Assembly: GCF_011745625.1 (NCBI RefSeq)
Contig: NW_027191458.1
Span: 1-64,000 of the forward strand
From: Cladosporium halotolerans
Taxonomy: Eukaryota
DNA length: 64,000 nt
Reading direction: 5' to 3'
Positions 21,727 through 34,153 of the stretch are shown here, piece after piece; the stretch's first letter is position 1, and each line of letters starts with the position of its first letter. A program made the position numbers and the translations under genes. The notes below the pieces were generated by a model. It worked only from the letters and a program-made list of their open reading frames with translations, ran no database searches and was not told the origin of the DNA.

Positions 21727-23448
21727 ATGAACCCTGCTATTACGACCGCCACACCCGTCTTGCGATCAGTCACGCGCCAACCTCCTCTAGCAACAGTATC
21801 TTCTTGGACTACCGCGCGCAGAAGCTTTGGCAGGATGGCAAGCCAGGCGTCGCTCAAGAGAGCCGAGGATTTCGTTTCCTTCCTCAATGCCTCGCCGACA
21901 CCCTTCCACGCCGTGCAGACATCGAAGCAGCGTCTTGAAAAGGCTGGTTTCAAGCAAATAAAGGTACGCAACCCATAAGCGAAGCGAGGATGTTGGTCTA
22001 AGGCTAATCCCATCAATTTACAGGAGCGCGATTCGTGGTCGTCTACCCTGCAACCTGGCGGCAAGTACTACCTCACGCGCAACACGAGTACTATCATCGC
22101 ATTCGCGATCGGCAATGCGTGGAAGCCAGGCAACCCAGTGGGCATGGTGGGCGCACACACTGACTCGCCGTGCCTGCGCATCAAGCCTGTTTCCAAGCGT
22201 AGCGGCGAGGGTTTCCTACAGGTGGGCGTGGAGACGTACGGCGGCGGAATGTGGCACACATGGTTCGATCGCGACTTGGGCGTCGCAGGCAGGCTGATGG
22301 TCAAGAGCAAGGACGGCACGGTGGAGCAGAAATTGGTCAGGATCAACAAGCCTGTGTGCAGGATTCCGAACCTCGCGGTGCATTTTGGAGGCAGCGTGCC
22401 GTTCGAGTTCAACAAGGAGGCTCAGCTGTTCCCCATCACTGGACTGGTGTCTGCAGAGCTGAACCGCACGGGAAGAACAGCGGAGGAAACGCGCAAGGTC
22501 GAGGCTGATGCCGAGAGAGACTCGTCGTTCGAGCCGCTCAAGACACCTACCCAGCGCCACCACCCCTACCTCGTCACGCTACTTGCCGATAACGCCGACG
22601 TCGATCCTTCTGCTATCGTTGACTTTGAATGTGTTCTGTTCGACACCCAACCCGCCTGCATCGGAGGCCTGAACGACGAATTCGTCTTTTCCGCTCGCCT
22701 GGACAACCTCGGCATGACCTACTGCGCCGTGGAAGGACTGATTCAGTCGCTGGCCTCTCCTTCAGCTCTTTCAACCGATCCCACCATCCGCCTAATCGCT
22801 TGCTTCGACCACGAGGAGATTGGCTCGACATCAGCTCAAGGAGCCGACAGCAGCATGCTTCCCGGCATCCTGCGCCGCCTCTCTTGCCTGCCTTCCAGCA
22901 GTTCTGCCTCCAGCGAGCAGAGCTACGACAAAGTCAGCACCAGCGGTGACGACACCTCGACCGCACACGAGCAGACATTGGCAACATCCTTCCTCGTCTC
23001 CGCCGACATGGCGCACAGCATCAACCCCAACTACTCCGCGAAATACGAGCAAGAGCACAAGCCGCACATGAACGCCGGTACAGTGATCAAGATCAACGCC
23101 AACGTGCGCTACGCAACCAACTCCCCGGGCATTGTGCTGCTGCAAGAATGTGCGCGGCGAGCGAAACCCGCCTCCTTCCAGCTGCCCGGGTCGAAAGCCG
23201 GACGCGAGGGTAAAGGCGTGCCGCTGCAGATGTTCGTCGTGCGCAACGACTCGCCGTGCGGTAGCACGATCGGGCCGATGCTCAGTGCAGCGCTGGGCGC
23301 GAGGACGATTGATGTTGGAAACCCGCAATTGTCGATGCACTCGATCCGCGAGACGGGCGGCAGCTACGATGTTGAGCACGGCGTGAACCTCTTCGACAGC
23401 TTTTTCGAGAACTTTGGCGAGCTGGAGGGGAAGATCTTGGTTGACTAG
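21727..23448 (+). CDS. APE4: Aspartyl aminopeptidase (peptidase M18)
   Basis: FLNASPTPFHAV, GAHTDSP, RLDNL, FDHEEIGS, SADMAH, CGSTIGP, LSMHSIRE; intron 21964-22023; in-frame ATGs at 21727 and 21835. Confidence 0.95.
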
Positions 23449-23651
23449 ATAATATACCTTAGCAAGATTGAAGTGCTTTTGAAGACCAGACTTGGGCTGC
23501 TCTTATGGAGAGTTGATAAATTTTCATACTACTGAAGACCAACAGCGCGGATCCTCTGGAAACATGAACTGCAGCAAACCACTAGCAGACAGAATCGGCG
23601 CACTGGAGTCCTTATACAAATCATCCGTGCCCCTGGAAACCCGAACACCCG

Positions 23652-25494
23652 TCAAGACCTTAGGCCCACTGTCCTAAGAGTGTTCTTCCAATTGCGCCGG
23701 ACAAGCTCCCTTGTCGGTGTTGAAAAGACAACATTTATCTCTTCCAGCGTCATGTCTTTCGTTTCTGGCATGAAGAAAAGTTGATAGAACCATCCCAAAA
23801 CAGCTATCCCTCCGAAGAAGCCCAGTGACAGGCCAGTCTTGGTCATGGCATCCTGCATCCTCGTGAAGTTGTACGTGATGATGAAAGAGCCGAGGAACAC
23901 CATGCCATCTGAAGTCGCCATGCCGTAGCTGCGTAGGTATGTAGGGTAGACCTCGGACGGGATTACCCATGTTAGGCAGGCGTAGGGTCCGTAGAAGAGC
24001 ATGTAGATGATGAGTCCTGCAAGATACATGCCTTCGACAGTCTTGGGAGCCTTTTCCAAGTCAACCAGGTAGGATCCTCCGAGGATGGCCAGCCCGACGA
24101 AGAAGCCGGGGATCATGGCCATTGCCCAAAACCGACGACCGAAACGTTCCATGTACAGCACGGCTGGGATTGTGCCGATGAAGAGAGCGCCACCACCAAC
24201 CATCGACATGTACGTGCTGTTTGCGTCGTTGAGTCCGATCTGTTTCATCAGTGTACCCATGTAGTACATAATGCCATTTATACCGACGAATTGGCCTGCG
24301 TTCAGAGTTAGGAGCGCATTCTCACGCAAGAGGTATCTTTCCTCACGTACCAAGAAGAATCATGATGTTTGCGTAAACAATGGCGCGGCGAGCCCTAGGC
24401 TCACTAAAAGGGTCAGCGACAGGCCAGAGAGACGATGCGTATATTGACTCACGTGAAGAAATCCAGCCAAACAAATCGAGAAGTGGTCTTTCTAGATTCT
24501 ATGCTGTGGTTTTCTTGCTCGACCACCTGCCGCATCACAAAATATTCTGCTCTTGCCTCTGCAGAGGAGACGTCGCGGATTCGCTTCCAAACACGATAGG
24601 CCTCGAGAGGCTTCTTCTTGTGCACCAAAAACCGTGGGCTTTCGGGCAAGAAAAGCATTCTATGGCTGAGTTCAGCAAGCGGTTTGGATGCATTGGTGAG
24701 ATGCCGACTTACCCCAGAAACATTATGGTAGAGAAAACCACTGAAGAGCCGAGAATGTAACGCCAATTGCCCTCGACCTCGAGGAAGATTGCGGCGACAA
24801 CGTAGCCGAGAATTTCCCCCAAGGCAATGTTAAATTGGTACAGGGAGACGACGTTGCCGCGAAGCCTTCTCTCAATAGTCTCGGCGACATACACAGGCAC
24901 GGTGCCTGTTTCGATTCCAACTCCAAGACCCATGATGAGGCGACCTGATATCATCATGCCGTAGTTGATGGCTCCTGCCTGCAAAGCCGCGCCAATAGTG
25001 TAGAAGACGGTCGACAGAATGATTGCCCATCGCCTACCCATGTACTCATTGGATGGGATCAACAGGATGGCGCCGCCTACGGCTCCAAGCGGCAGGCTTG
25101 CACTGACGAGGGCGACTTGATCACTGCCGAAACCGAGTGCATCAGGGTAGAAGAGCGAAGCACCGCTGATGAGTGATTGATCGAGGCCGAAGAGCAATCC
25201 GCCCATTGACGCGAATGCTACGACACTCCAAGTGAAGTACTTCGGGTTGGCGAAGGTCATGTGGAAGATGCCTCTCTTCTGTCCATCATTCTGCATCTGT
25301 GTCTCCAGATCATCAATGAAGGAGTTGATTCGCCACTTCTCAACATCAGCAATGCGCAGTGCATCTGCTTCAATCTGATCCACCTCAGCATGCTGCTTTG
25401 GGGAATCCGAAGCAAAATCAACATGGGAAGAGTCCTTCTCATCAATGGCTTTGGGTGGAGAGCTGCCCTCGTGGGAGGACTCCACGTGAGACAT
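23652..25494 (-). CDS. MFS sugar porter (polyol/inositol transporter-like)
   Basis: GGLLFGLDQSLISGA, GRR, VPVYVAE, LPESPRFL, FMPETKDMTLEEI; three GT-AG introns. Confidence 0.93.
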
Positions 25495-26073
25495 GGTCGG
25501 TGAAGATGTTATTGGTGAAGACGGCTCCTGAGTAGCTCGACAGAAACAGAAGATGATGCTGCTAGGAAATTGACCGATCGTGGCACAGGTGGATGGTTTA
25601 TTTTATGCATTTCCTGGAGAACCGGCCCCATGGGGTCAACGGGCCCACGTGCCGTACATGAAGATCTCGCGGGCAAATCGTTCCGTTTTGGGCAATATCT
25701 CGGCGAAGGAGTGTGGGTTCACGTCGATGCTACGTAAGCTGACTTTGCGCTTTTCCCGCACTCACCCCGTCATTTCAACCCAATATATGTCCTCGCCAGC
25801 AAGGATTAACGCCTCCTCACGAGGGATGATAATCGCAAGTCGCGGACTCTTGACGCCGATCACAATGACAACATTTGACGGAAGACGCAGGATCGTATGA
25901 TAACTGTGTTAGAATCTTCCAAAACTGATGAAGGGGTCGAAATTTTGCTTTTCCCACAATATAGACTACAAAGCCACATGCAGAACATCGCTGCATCACC
26001 AACGAAATAGCCACACAGTGTCTGCTCTTCGGCCCATCTTCACCACCTTTAACCTCCCGAGACACCTCAAAGC

Positions 26074-27737
26074 TCAGACCTTGAAAGGCTGCCTCGGTAC
26101 GGCTGACACCATTAGCCTCACAGGGCTCGAATTGAATCGCTCAAAGTGATGGAAGTTTCGGCGCTCCTCATCAGTGACCTTCCACTCAAAAGCCATGATC
26201 AGAGCAGCCAGGCAAATGGAAATCTCCATGTAAGCCAGATTCCGGCCAATGCAAGCGCGACCCCCTAATGTGAAGGGAAGGACGAACTCCTTGAGATTCC
26301 TCAGCTCTTCTTCCGATGATTCATTGCTCTCTGGTATCCAGCGCTCGGGTATCCATGACGAAGCTTTTCGGAAGAGGCTGTCGTCGAGTTGCATCGTCTG
26401 CACAGACGCTGACACGGTAACACCTCCAGGGATGAGATGCCCCTGTATGACAGATCCTTCGCCCACTGTCTTTCTCGGTAGGCCAAAACGGACCGGCGGC
26501 ATTACTCTGAGCGTCTCATCAAGACAGGCCGTTAGATATGGCACCTTGCCAAGCTCTGCAAACGGCGCGATGGGTTGCTGTCGCTTCTCGAGCGAGTCGG
26601 TCAATAAGCTGTACAGCTTCTGCTGTTTTTCTGGATGCGAGGCAAGCTGGAACATGGTATTTGTGAGTGTGATTTGCGTAGTATCATTTCCTAAAAGGAG
26701 TCAGCGGTTGGTCGAACTCACATTGAGATTTACTTACCGGCGTTGAGGAAGCTCGTGCATTCAGCCACAATTTCAGGGATTGTCATGGGCACCGGACGTT
26801 TTTCGGTTGCCTTGAGTGGGAAGAAGGTGAAGAAGTCCGTGGATACTGGCCCATTCTTCAGTCTTTCCATGGTTCCATAACGGGCCATGCCGGCGAACTT
26901 GTCTGCAGCCTGGTTGCGACTCATCCAGCGAGTAGCCCATCGCAAGAAGCCATAGGTAGCGGGGCTGCACTGTGCGCATAAAGTGTTGAAATGCACACCA
27001 GTACGGAAACTTTCCATGGCGTGGATGCTCGTGACGTGGCCGTTGACGTCCATGGACTTGCAGAGATCACTGCCCACGGTCAAGAAGCCGTACGGCATGG
27101 ACCAGAGCATGCTTGAGAAAGCATCGAATGAGAACATGTTCATCCACGGGCGCAGATCGAACTCGCTCCTGCTGTTCACAAGGTAAGTATCTGCCTCAGA
27201 TACCCGCCCACCAGACGCTTTGACATCTATAGCTTGCAGAAGGGTCTCCACCACCTGAGCTACTTTCGGCTCCATTGTCGATATGTTTTTGGCGGAGAAT
27301 ATGCTGGAGACGTTCTTGCGTTTGATCGAATGCAATTGACGACTGGAAGTATCGGCCATCGATGGGGTATCTCCTGCCAGATTGTCGTAAAAGGTGTCCT
27401 TGATTATAGAAGACCCATGACCGTAGATCTCCTTGTACGCCCGAGGATCGGAAAAGGATAGAATGTTGGGGCCAATGCGAATGATCGGGCCCAGCCTGCG
27501 ATGGGCGTCTTCAACGGCGAGATACCTCATGCCTCGAGCATTGTGCCAGATGGCCCACAAGGGTGTAAACCCTGCGACTGAAGGGGCTGGAAAGCGACGA
27601 AGGGAATTTGCATCCAGAAAGTAGTGGGTGACGGCTCGAACGATCGCGAAGAGCAGGACGGAAATCGCTACGAGCAAGCAATTGGTGGCTTTGACGACGC
27701 TATCAGATTCCGTCGAATCTTGGAAGGACTTGTTCAT
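26074..27737 (-). CDS. Cytochrome P450 (resembles benzoate 4-monooxygenase-like fungal CYPs)
   Basis: N-terminal TM anchor, AGNDTT I-helix across the intron, ETLR, PERW, heme motif FTLGGRACIG. Confidence 0.93.
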
Positions 27738-28254
27738 AGAATACTCACAGGAGATCATTCTGTGCAGCAAGCTCCAATCCCCTTTCGTTGGTACTGTATA
27801 GGCTCGGTCAATGTGGGAAGAAATGGACGCACTGAAGATGTGATAATTGCAGATTCACGATGTCCCAAGCCCTCAACGGAGCTGTGTGTGGCTGATATAT
27901 GCTCACCATGCCTCGTTCCCCGTGGGACGAGCCCACGTCTTGCACTCCTGACAATGCATGTGCCCGTATGAAAGCCTACCAACCATTGTTCATTTCGCAA
28001 ACGGGTCTAGCTGCTTCAGGCAAGTTTTCGGCGGACAGGATAATTACCTTCGGGCTAGTGAACTCACGCTCTCCGCTCTCCGCAAAACCCCAGCTTTCGC
28101 TCTCCATGCACGGCATCGTCCTAGACTCTCGGGTCCTCCACCTACTACTACAACATCGAGTCATAGCGCCCTTGTCATTGCCCGCCGGCAAATTCCTATT
28201 TGCGACTGTTCGCGTAACAACCTCAAGCTTCTTTCTGGCTCACGTCTCAGGAGG

Positions 28255-30073
28255 ATGACCTCACTTCCCGGAGAGTCCACTTCTACCCCGGAGCCCGTGC
28301 GTCGTGTGATCTCAAGTACACCTCCAAAGAAGCGTCTGGCAAGTTGCATCCCTTGTCGAGAGCGGCACGCAAAGTGTGGCAAGGAGCGCCCCGTCTGCTC
28401 TAGCTGCCGCAGCGCACAAGACTATCGAGAATGCACTTACCAGTCAAAGCGGCCGCTTCGATTCCGCCTGACATTCTCAGATCCGCGACCGCTTCCCCAA
28501 GGTGGCAATGCTGCTCATATCGTGCATTCAAACGATTCAACGACAAGTCCTTCTATCAGCCCCCGCCAGAACCATGCCTCGACTGGTTCATGGAACCTGG
28601 AAGCTCAAGGACCGGTGAGAATGATGCGACTAGGACACTCAGTCCAGCAGCTTGCAGGCACGCGCCTTGACAATCAACAGATCGTGCGAGAGGCTTCAGA
28701 AACACCCCTCGTCGCCCCAGATACTGTCAGATTACATGGATCACAGTGGTCTCCCCATCTAGTGTCTAGTCACCAGAATCGCTGGCACCCTTTGTCGAAT
28801 CGAACAGAATCCGACATATTTGCCTTCTATGCCCGTAGTCTGGGTTACTGGGTATGTCGCTGAGTTGGATGCCGGCCACAATCCAGTTAAGTCTGGTCAC
28901 CGGCTGCCAATACAGTACTGACGATGTCAGATGGACATAGGCTCCCCGAATCGCTTCTTCCAGTCTCGAGTTCCGCAACTCGCCATGGGCGACCCTTTGT
29001 TGTTCTTTGCTTGCCTTAGCTGCTCATCAGAGATCATGACGTTGAGAGGCGAGCTCGACGGTCCGGTGGAAGAACACTATCGCGCCAAAGTACTGGAGCT
29101 TTTGATCCCTTTGTTGTCGTCTCATGACGCGGTCCCATTCAAAGAATCTCTGATGGCCACTACCGTGATATTGCGCATGTCAGAGCAGTTCCTTGAGCTA
29201 GAAAATGATACTCGCCGGCATCTTAACGGCGCTGCATCCTTGTTCAATGCCAACACGTCGCGCTGGACGCTACAGGAGGTAGATTTGGCGACTGCTTCAT
29301 TTTGGACGCATCTGCGAGAGTCTATTCGGGTAGCTTTTCTGAACGAGAAGCCTTGCGATATTTCTCTCCAAGGTTTGGTCAGCCGCGCAGCATTCAGTAC
29401 TGAGCACGCTGTTTCTGACGAAGTCTGGACCAACTTGATGACATATTTGCTCCTCCAAACAATTGAGCTCTGCTGGGGCGAGTCGAACGAACCCGCGGAG
29501 TTCCATCGTTTAGCAGATGAAATTGACGACTGGCAGTCTTCCGTGCCCCAATCGTTTCAACCGTGGTATTCCGCTGAGGACCTTGACAGTCCGTTCCCCA
29601 GGATGCTGAATTTCGAGCCATGGCATGGTAGGTCATGTGCGGACTTCAGGCAAATCATTACTGACTCCTCGCAGTGGTAGGCTGGCAATTCTTTTACATA
29701 GCCAAGATAATGCTTGCGGTTTATCATGAAGAATCGAAGCCGAGAGGCAATATCCTCGAGCTAAGACGTCAGATTGAGGTATGTAGGAGAGCGTTGACAT
29801 TCATCTATTCCGGACACTTACGCCCGCGATCAGAAGACGGTCGTTACTCCTACTAGGAGATTGTGCGGCCTTTGCATCTCATCGACCGACAACGTTGGGA
29901 CCACCTTGAACGGCAGCCATCTCATGGCATGGGCGGGGCAATTTCTCTATCATGAGGAAGAGCAAAGACACCTCGTGACTTTCTTAGAACAGTTTAGCAC
30001 ACGGACGAGCTGGCCGACTTCTCGCAGCTTAGAGAAACTCAAAGCTAGATGGGAAGAACAAAGATCCTCATAG
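28255..30073 (+). CDS. Zn(II)2Cys6 transcription factor
   Basis: CIPCRERHAKCGKERPVCSSCRSAQDYREC; three introns join it to a C-terminal fungal TF domain (ATTVILRMSEQF, ASFWTHLRESI). Confidence 0.88.
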
Positions 30074-30782
30074 CCGAGGTTTACTAGCCATACTTTAAGG
30101 CAATGGTATTGCAATTGAAGAAGTTTACGTACTTCCAAAAGGGCTGGGGCATTCTTAGCCAGGATTTGTGACGAGTCTTGCTAATCGAGCGATCGTCAGC
30201 TAGTATACGCGGACTTGTGGCTCGCGTCAATGTCAGGATGACCTCAATATTGGCTTGTACCATCTGTCTTTGGGTATTGTGAAGCACCACAAGCCGATTG
30301 TTGCTATCAGCATCGTAGTACCTATCGAACGTCTTGCGACAGGCCTGTGATACGAAATATCAAGCGGCCATTCACTTCCCACAACCGTCAAATGCGCCCC
30401 GCCCAGACGAAAGCAACGCCTCCAAGCATCAAACCCCGGTAGCTTTCGGTTTCAACCCCCAGTGCTCACGTAATGATCGCCCGAGAACCACGTGCTCGGC
30501 GGCAAACCCAAAAAGCGCCTCACAGCGGAGGCGGGCGGCGGCGCGACAGCTCGCAAAAGCAAAGCGCACAAGCTCCACCGGCGCCAGCCTCGACCCCAGC
30601 GCCAAAACCTCCGCAAACAATCCTAACGCAACCTGCCATTAGTCTCCGCCGCGCGGCAACCTATCGTCTCGAAGCGTTTGCCAGCCACATAATCCGGTCT
30701 TCCAGGTTATTGTTCCTCCCGTCAGCTAGCTTATTTGTCTGGGACCCAGCGGTATTAGCGTCGGTGGGCAACAAGGGCATCA

Positions 30783-31594
30783 ATGGCCTTGTCCCAGGCG
30801 GAGTTTGGGCGCGCTGTTGAGGGGTTGGAGGGGGCTTGGCGTGAGGTGTTGGGGGATGAGCCTGGGGTCTGTTCGAATGAGGAGGTGGAGTGGGAGAGTG
30901 TGGAGTTGCGGACAGATGAAATGGTATGTAACAACATGACTGACTGCTGTGAAGCATTAGGTTTAGATTTGCGCTGTGCGTGAATTATCAGGAGATTGAA
31001 CGGTTATTGATTGGTTGTGTTCAGCAGCTCGGCACGAGATATCTGCGGATCAGACGAGAAGTGCAGACACACGGGCAGGTTCTTGAGGATGGTGGCGACA
31101 AAGTAGAGCACGAGGACGAGGGAGTCGTCGAGGAAGAAGATCCAGAAGCGCTTCTCCCTCCAGCCCGTCCAAAGCCTGACAACCACAGCCCAGGCCGAAT
31201 CGCAATCTACGACATCGTCCACTCGCCCTCGTACCAGGTCCCGGTCCTCTACCTGACATTCTCCGAGCCCAGAACGATCAAGAGCGTGCCGCTTCCCACA
31301 ATAGACGAGATCTACCAGATGCTAGTCCCTGACAGCTTCAAAACGCCCATGCGTGACGTGGGGATCATGGGCGCGCTGAGCATGGCCGATCATCCCATTT
31401 CCGGCGCGCCGGCTTTCTTCGTGCATCCCTGCCGGACGCAGGACGTAATGACCGCGCTGTCTGATGATTACGACAAGCCCGATATAGCAGAGCATTATTT
31501 GATGCTCTGGCTCGGAGCCATTGGTGGAAGCGTGGGACTGAGCGTACCCGTAAGTGTTGCGCAAACGCTTGCGAAGAAGCGAGGCGAGGCGTGA
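30783..31594 (+). CDS. ATG10: Autophagy E2-like conjugating enzyme Atg10
   Basis: YDIVHSPSYQVPVLY and catalytic FFVHPCRT motifs; intron 30924 to 31024/31027. Confidence 0.88.
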
Positions 31595-31823
31595 GGCTGG
31601 GAGGGGGGCGCTTGAGAAACGTTAGAAGATAGAGATGGAGTGGGGGTCGCTTCAAGCTCGTTTATAATACCCACTGAAGTAAAGTCTCTGAAGACTCGCC
31701 CGACCGCAAGATGGCGCCTTTCCTTCTCACACGCGCATACCCTCAATTCCCACTTCCAAACTCGGGGTATCATTGTCATTATCCTGTCTTTGCCTTCATG
31801 ATCCTCCACTAAGCGTGCTCTTC

Positions 31824-32500
31824 CTAATCCTCATCGCTCATTTCCATCTCAGAATCGCCCTCGTCCATCGGCGCATCCTCATTGTCGCTCTCTTCACGGG
31901 CTCTCTTAGTTCCTTGCGGGCTCGGCGCGTTCTGTGCGGCAGCAGGAGGCGGCGCAAGACCAGGCGGCGGAATACCAGGAGGAGGGATAGCAGCACCGAC
32001 ACCGGGCGGCGCGTGTCCAGGTGGAAGAGGGAAATTGTTCGCGGGCAGAGCCTTCGACTCTGGCTGGCCGGGTTGGAGGGGCGGATCGTACTGGCCAGTC
32101 ATCTTGGCGAGAGTCTTGCTCTTTTCCTTTGCATAGCTGAGTTTCTGCAAGGCGAGATCTGTCAGTACACCGCGCCAATTCTGTCTGCACGTCTTTTGAA
32201 CTCGCGACGTACCATTTCCCTGCCGTAGAACTCAAAGCCCTGCAGCGCGCGCAAAGCCTGGGTGGCGGCATTGACATCGCGGAACAAGATATGCGCCTGG
32301 CCGCGCATCTTGCTGGTCTTGACTGCTGTGATGTCCAGTACCGAGCCATAGGTCGAGAAGAGCATGTAGAGGGAGCGCTTGAGGTCGTGTTTCTGGAGCT
32401 TTTCGGGCAGGTTCTGAAGGTAGAGAGACTGGTTGGGATTGACGCGCTGGTCGACAGACATGCTGGAAGCGCCCGTTTTCGCGACGGTGGTGGTAGCCAT
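31824..32500 (-). CDS. U1A/U2B'' family snRNP RRM protein
   Basis: PNQSLYLQNLPEK...LYMLFSTYG...KMRGQAHILF...FYGREM/KLSYAK; one intron. U1A versus U2B'' cannot be resolved by eye. Confidence 0.9.
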
Positions 32501-32829
32501 GGTGTGTGTGGGAAGTGCGGCGGGGAGAGCAATGGTTGTGGATGTATTTTTTGGACTTCGCGTTGGCAATGAAGCTTGCAGTCCCACGATCGGCCTTCGG
32601 CTGGTCGTTTCGGCGAAGGCTGGCTGCCTGTCGCTGCGTGCTGCGTCACGCTGCCAAGGGCGGGCAGAGGACATGCCACCTTCACTTACCGTCGTCTCTT
32701 CCCTCTCAACACACCACCGCATATTGCAGCGACAGTAGAGTGACCTCCCCTCCTGTCTACTGCTCCATCACCGCCATTCCACCAAACTATTCGACAAATC
32801 AAGCAAAGACCCGCCCCTCACCTCCAACA

Positions 32830-33936
32830 ATGGCCTCCCCCGAAGTGCACCACCTCTTCCACGCTCCGATTGCGGACCACTCCTTCTCGGCCGACCGCAA
32901 CACCCTTGCCGTCACCCGTGCGAACAATGTAGAGCTCTACGGCAAGCAAGGCTCTCAATTCCGCCTCCAGGACGAGCTCCGCGGGCACGACAAGCTGGTC
33001 ACCGGCGTGGACATCGCCCCGCAGAGTGGCCGCATCGTGACCTGCTCGCAAGACCGCAACGCGTACGTCTGGGAGCCCAGCAGCACCGGCGAGTGGAAGC
33101 CAACGCTCGTGCTGCTGCGTATCAACCGCGCCGCGACCTGCGTGCGCTGGTGCCCGAACGAGAGCAAGTTCGCCGTCGGATCCGGCGCTCGCATTATCGC
33201 CATCTGCTACTTCGAGGAGGAGAACGACTGGTGGGTCTCGAAGCACTTGAAGAAGCCTCTCCGCTCGACCGTCACCAGCGTCACCTGGCACCCGAACAGC
33301 GTGCTTCTGGCCGCTGGCAGCACCGATGGGCACGCGAGGGTGTTCAGCTCGTTCATCAAGGGCGCCGACGCCCGCCCGGAGCCCAGCGCCTGGGGCGAGC
33401 GCCTGCCCTTCAACACCGTGTGCGGAGAGTATCTGAACGGCAGTGCTGGCTGGGTGCACAGCGTAGCGTTCTCGCCGTCCGGAAACGCCCTTGCCTTCGC
33501 CGCACACGACAGCAGCCTGACGGTGGTCTACCCGTCAGCGCCCGAGCAGCCGCCCTCAGCAGTCATTTCGATCTCCACGCAGCAGCTGCCCTTCGCCGAC
33601 CTTCTTTGGATCTCCGAGAGCGAAATTGTATGCGCGGGCTACGACTGCGAGGCGTTCCGGTTCAGCGGCAACGAGGGTGGGTGGCAGCTCACCGGATCAG
33701 TGGAGAAGGCCAACGGTGGCGGCAAGCAAGGTGGACAGGAACATGAGGAGAGCGCGCGCAACATGTTCAGGGCGATGGACTTGCGCGGCCGCACGGGTGG
33801 AAACGAGAACACCAAGCTCCCGACTGTGCACCAGAACTCGATCAACAAGATCCGCGCGTACGCTGAGGCTGGTGGACAGGTGCAGAAGGTGAGCACCGCT
33901 GGTGTGGATGGAAGGGTTGTCGTGTGGAATTTGTAG
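32830..33936 (+). CDS. ARC40: Arp2/3 complex WD40 subunit ARPC1
   Basis: IVTCSQDRNAYVW, WKPTLVLLRINRAAT, ENDWWVSKHLKKP; the real start is MASPEVHHL. Confidence 0.96.
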   Translation: MASPEVHHLFHAPIADHSFSADRNTLAVTRANNVELYGKQGSQFRLQDELRGHDKLVTGVDIAPQSGRIVTCSQDRNAYVWEPSSTGEWKPTLVLLRINRAATCVRWCPNESKFAVGSGARIIAICYFEEENDWWVSKHLKKPLRSTVTSVTWHPNSVLLAAGSTDGHARVFSSFIKGADARPEPSAWGERLPFNTVCGEYLNGSAGWVHSVAFSPSGNALAFAAHDSSLTVVYPSAPEQPPSAVISISTQQLPFADLLWISESEIVCAGYDCEAFRFSGNEGGWQLTGSVEKANGGGKQGGQEHEESARNMFRAMDLRGRTGGNENTKLPTVHQNSINKIRAYAEAGGQVQKVSTAGVDGRVVVWNL

Positions 33937-34153
33937 ACACGAGATATGACATGAGACCAATGGGCTTTGAAGCGCGAAGAACGCTGGCTAGAATTCGTTA
34001 TGTTCTGCTATGCTATGCTGAAAAGCAAACAATCAATCAATGCGCTGAGCGCAATCGAGGCGCTCGCTTCTTTTCAAAAGTTCATAATCTCAAGAGACAT
34101 CAAGCCTCCGTTCTCATCACCAAATCTTTCCGTCTCACCTTCTGCCCGCTCGC

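Noticed and set aside
32506..32829. N-terminal extension of ARC40 in the ORF track
   Set aside because: GTG-started run through the divergent promoter; the conserved start is ATG 32830.
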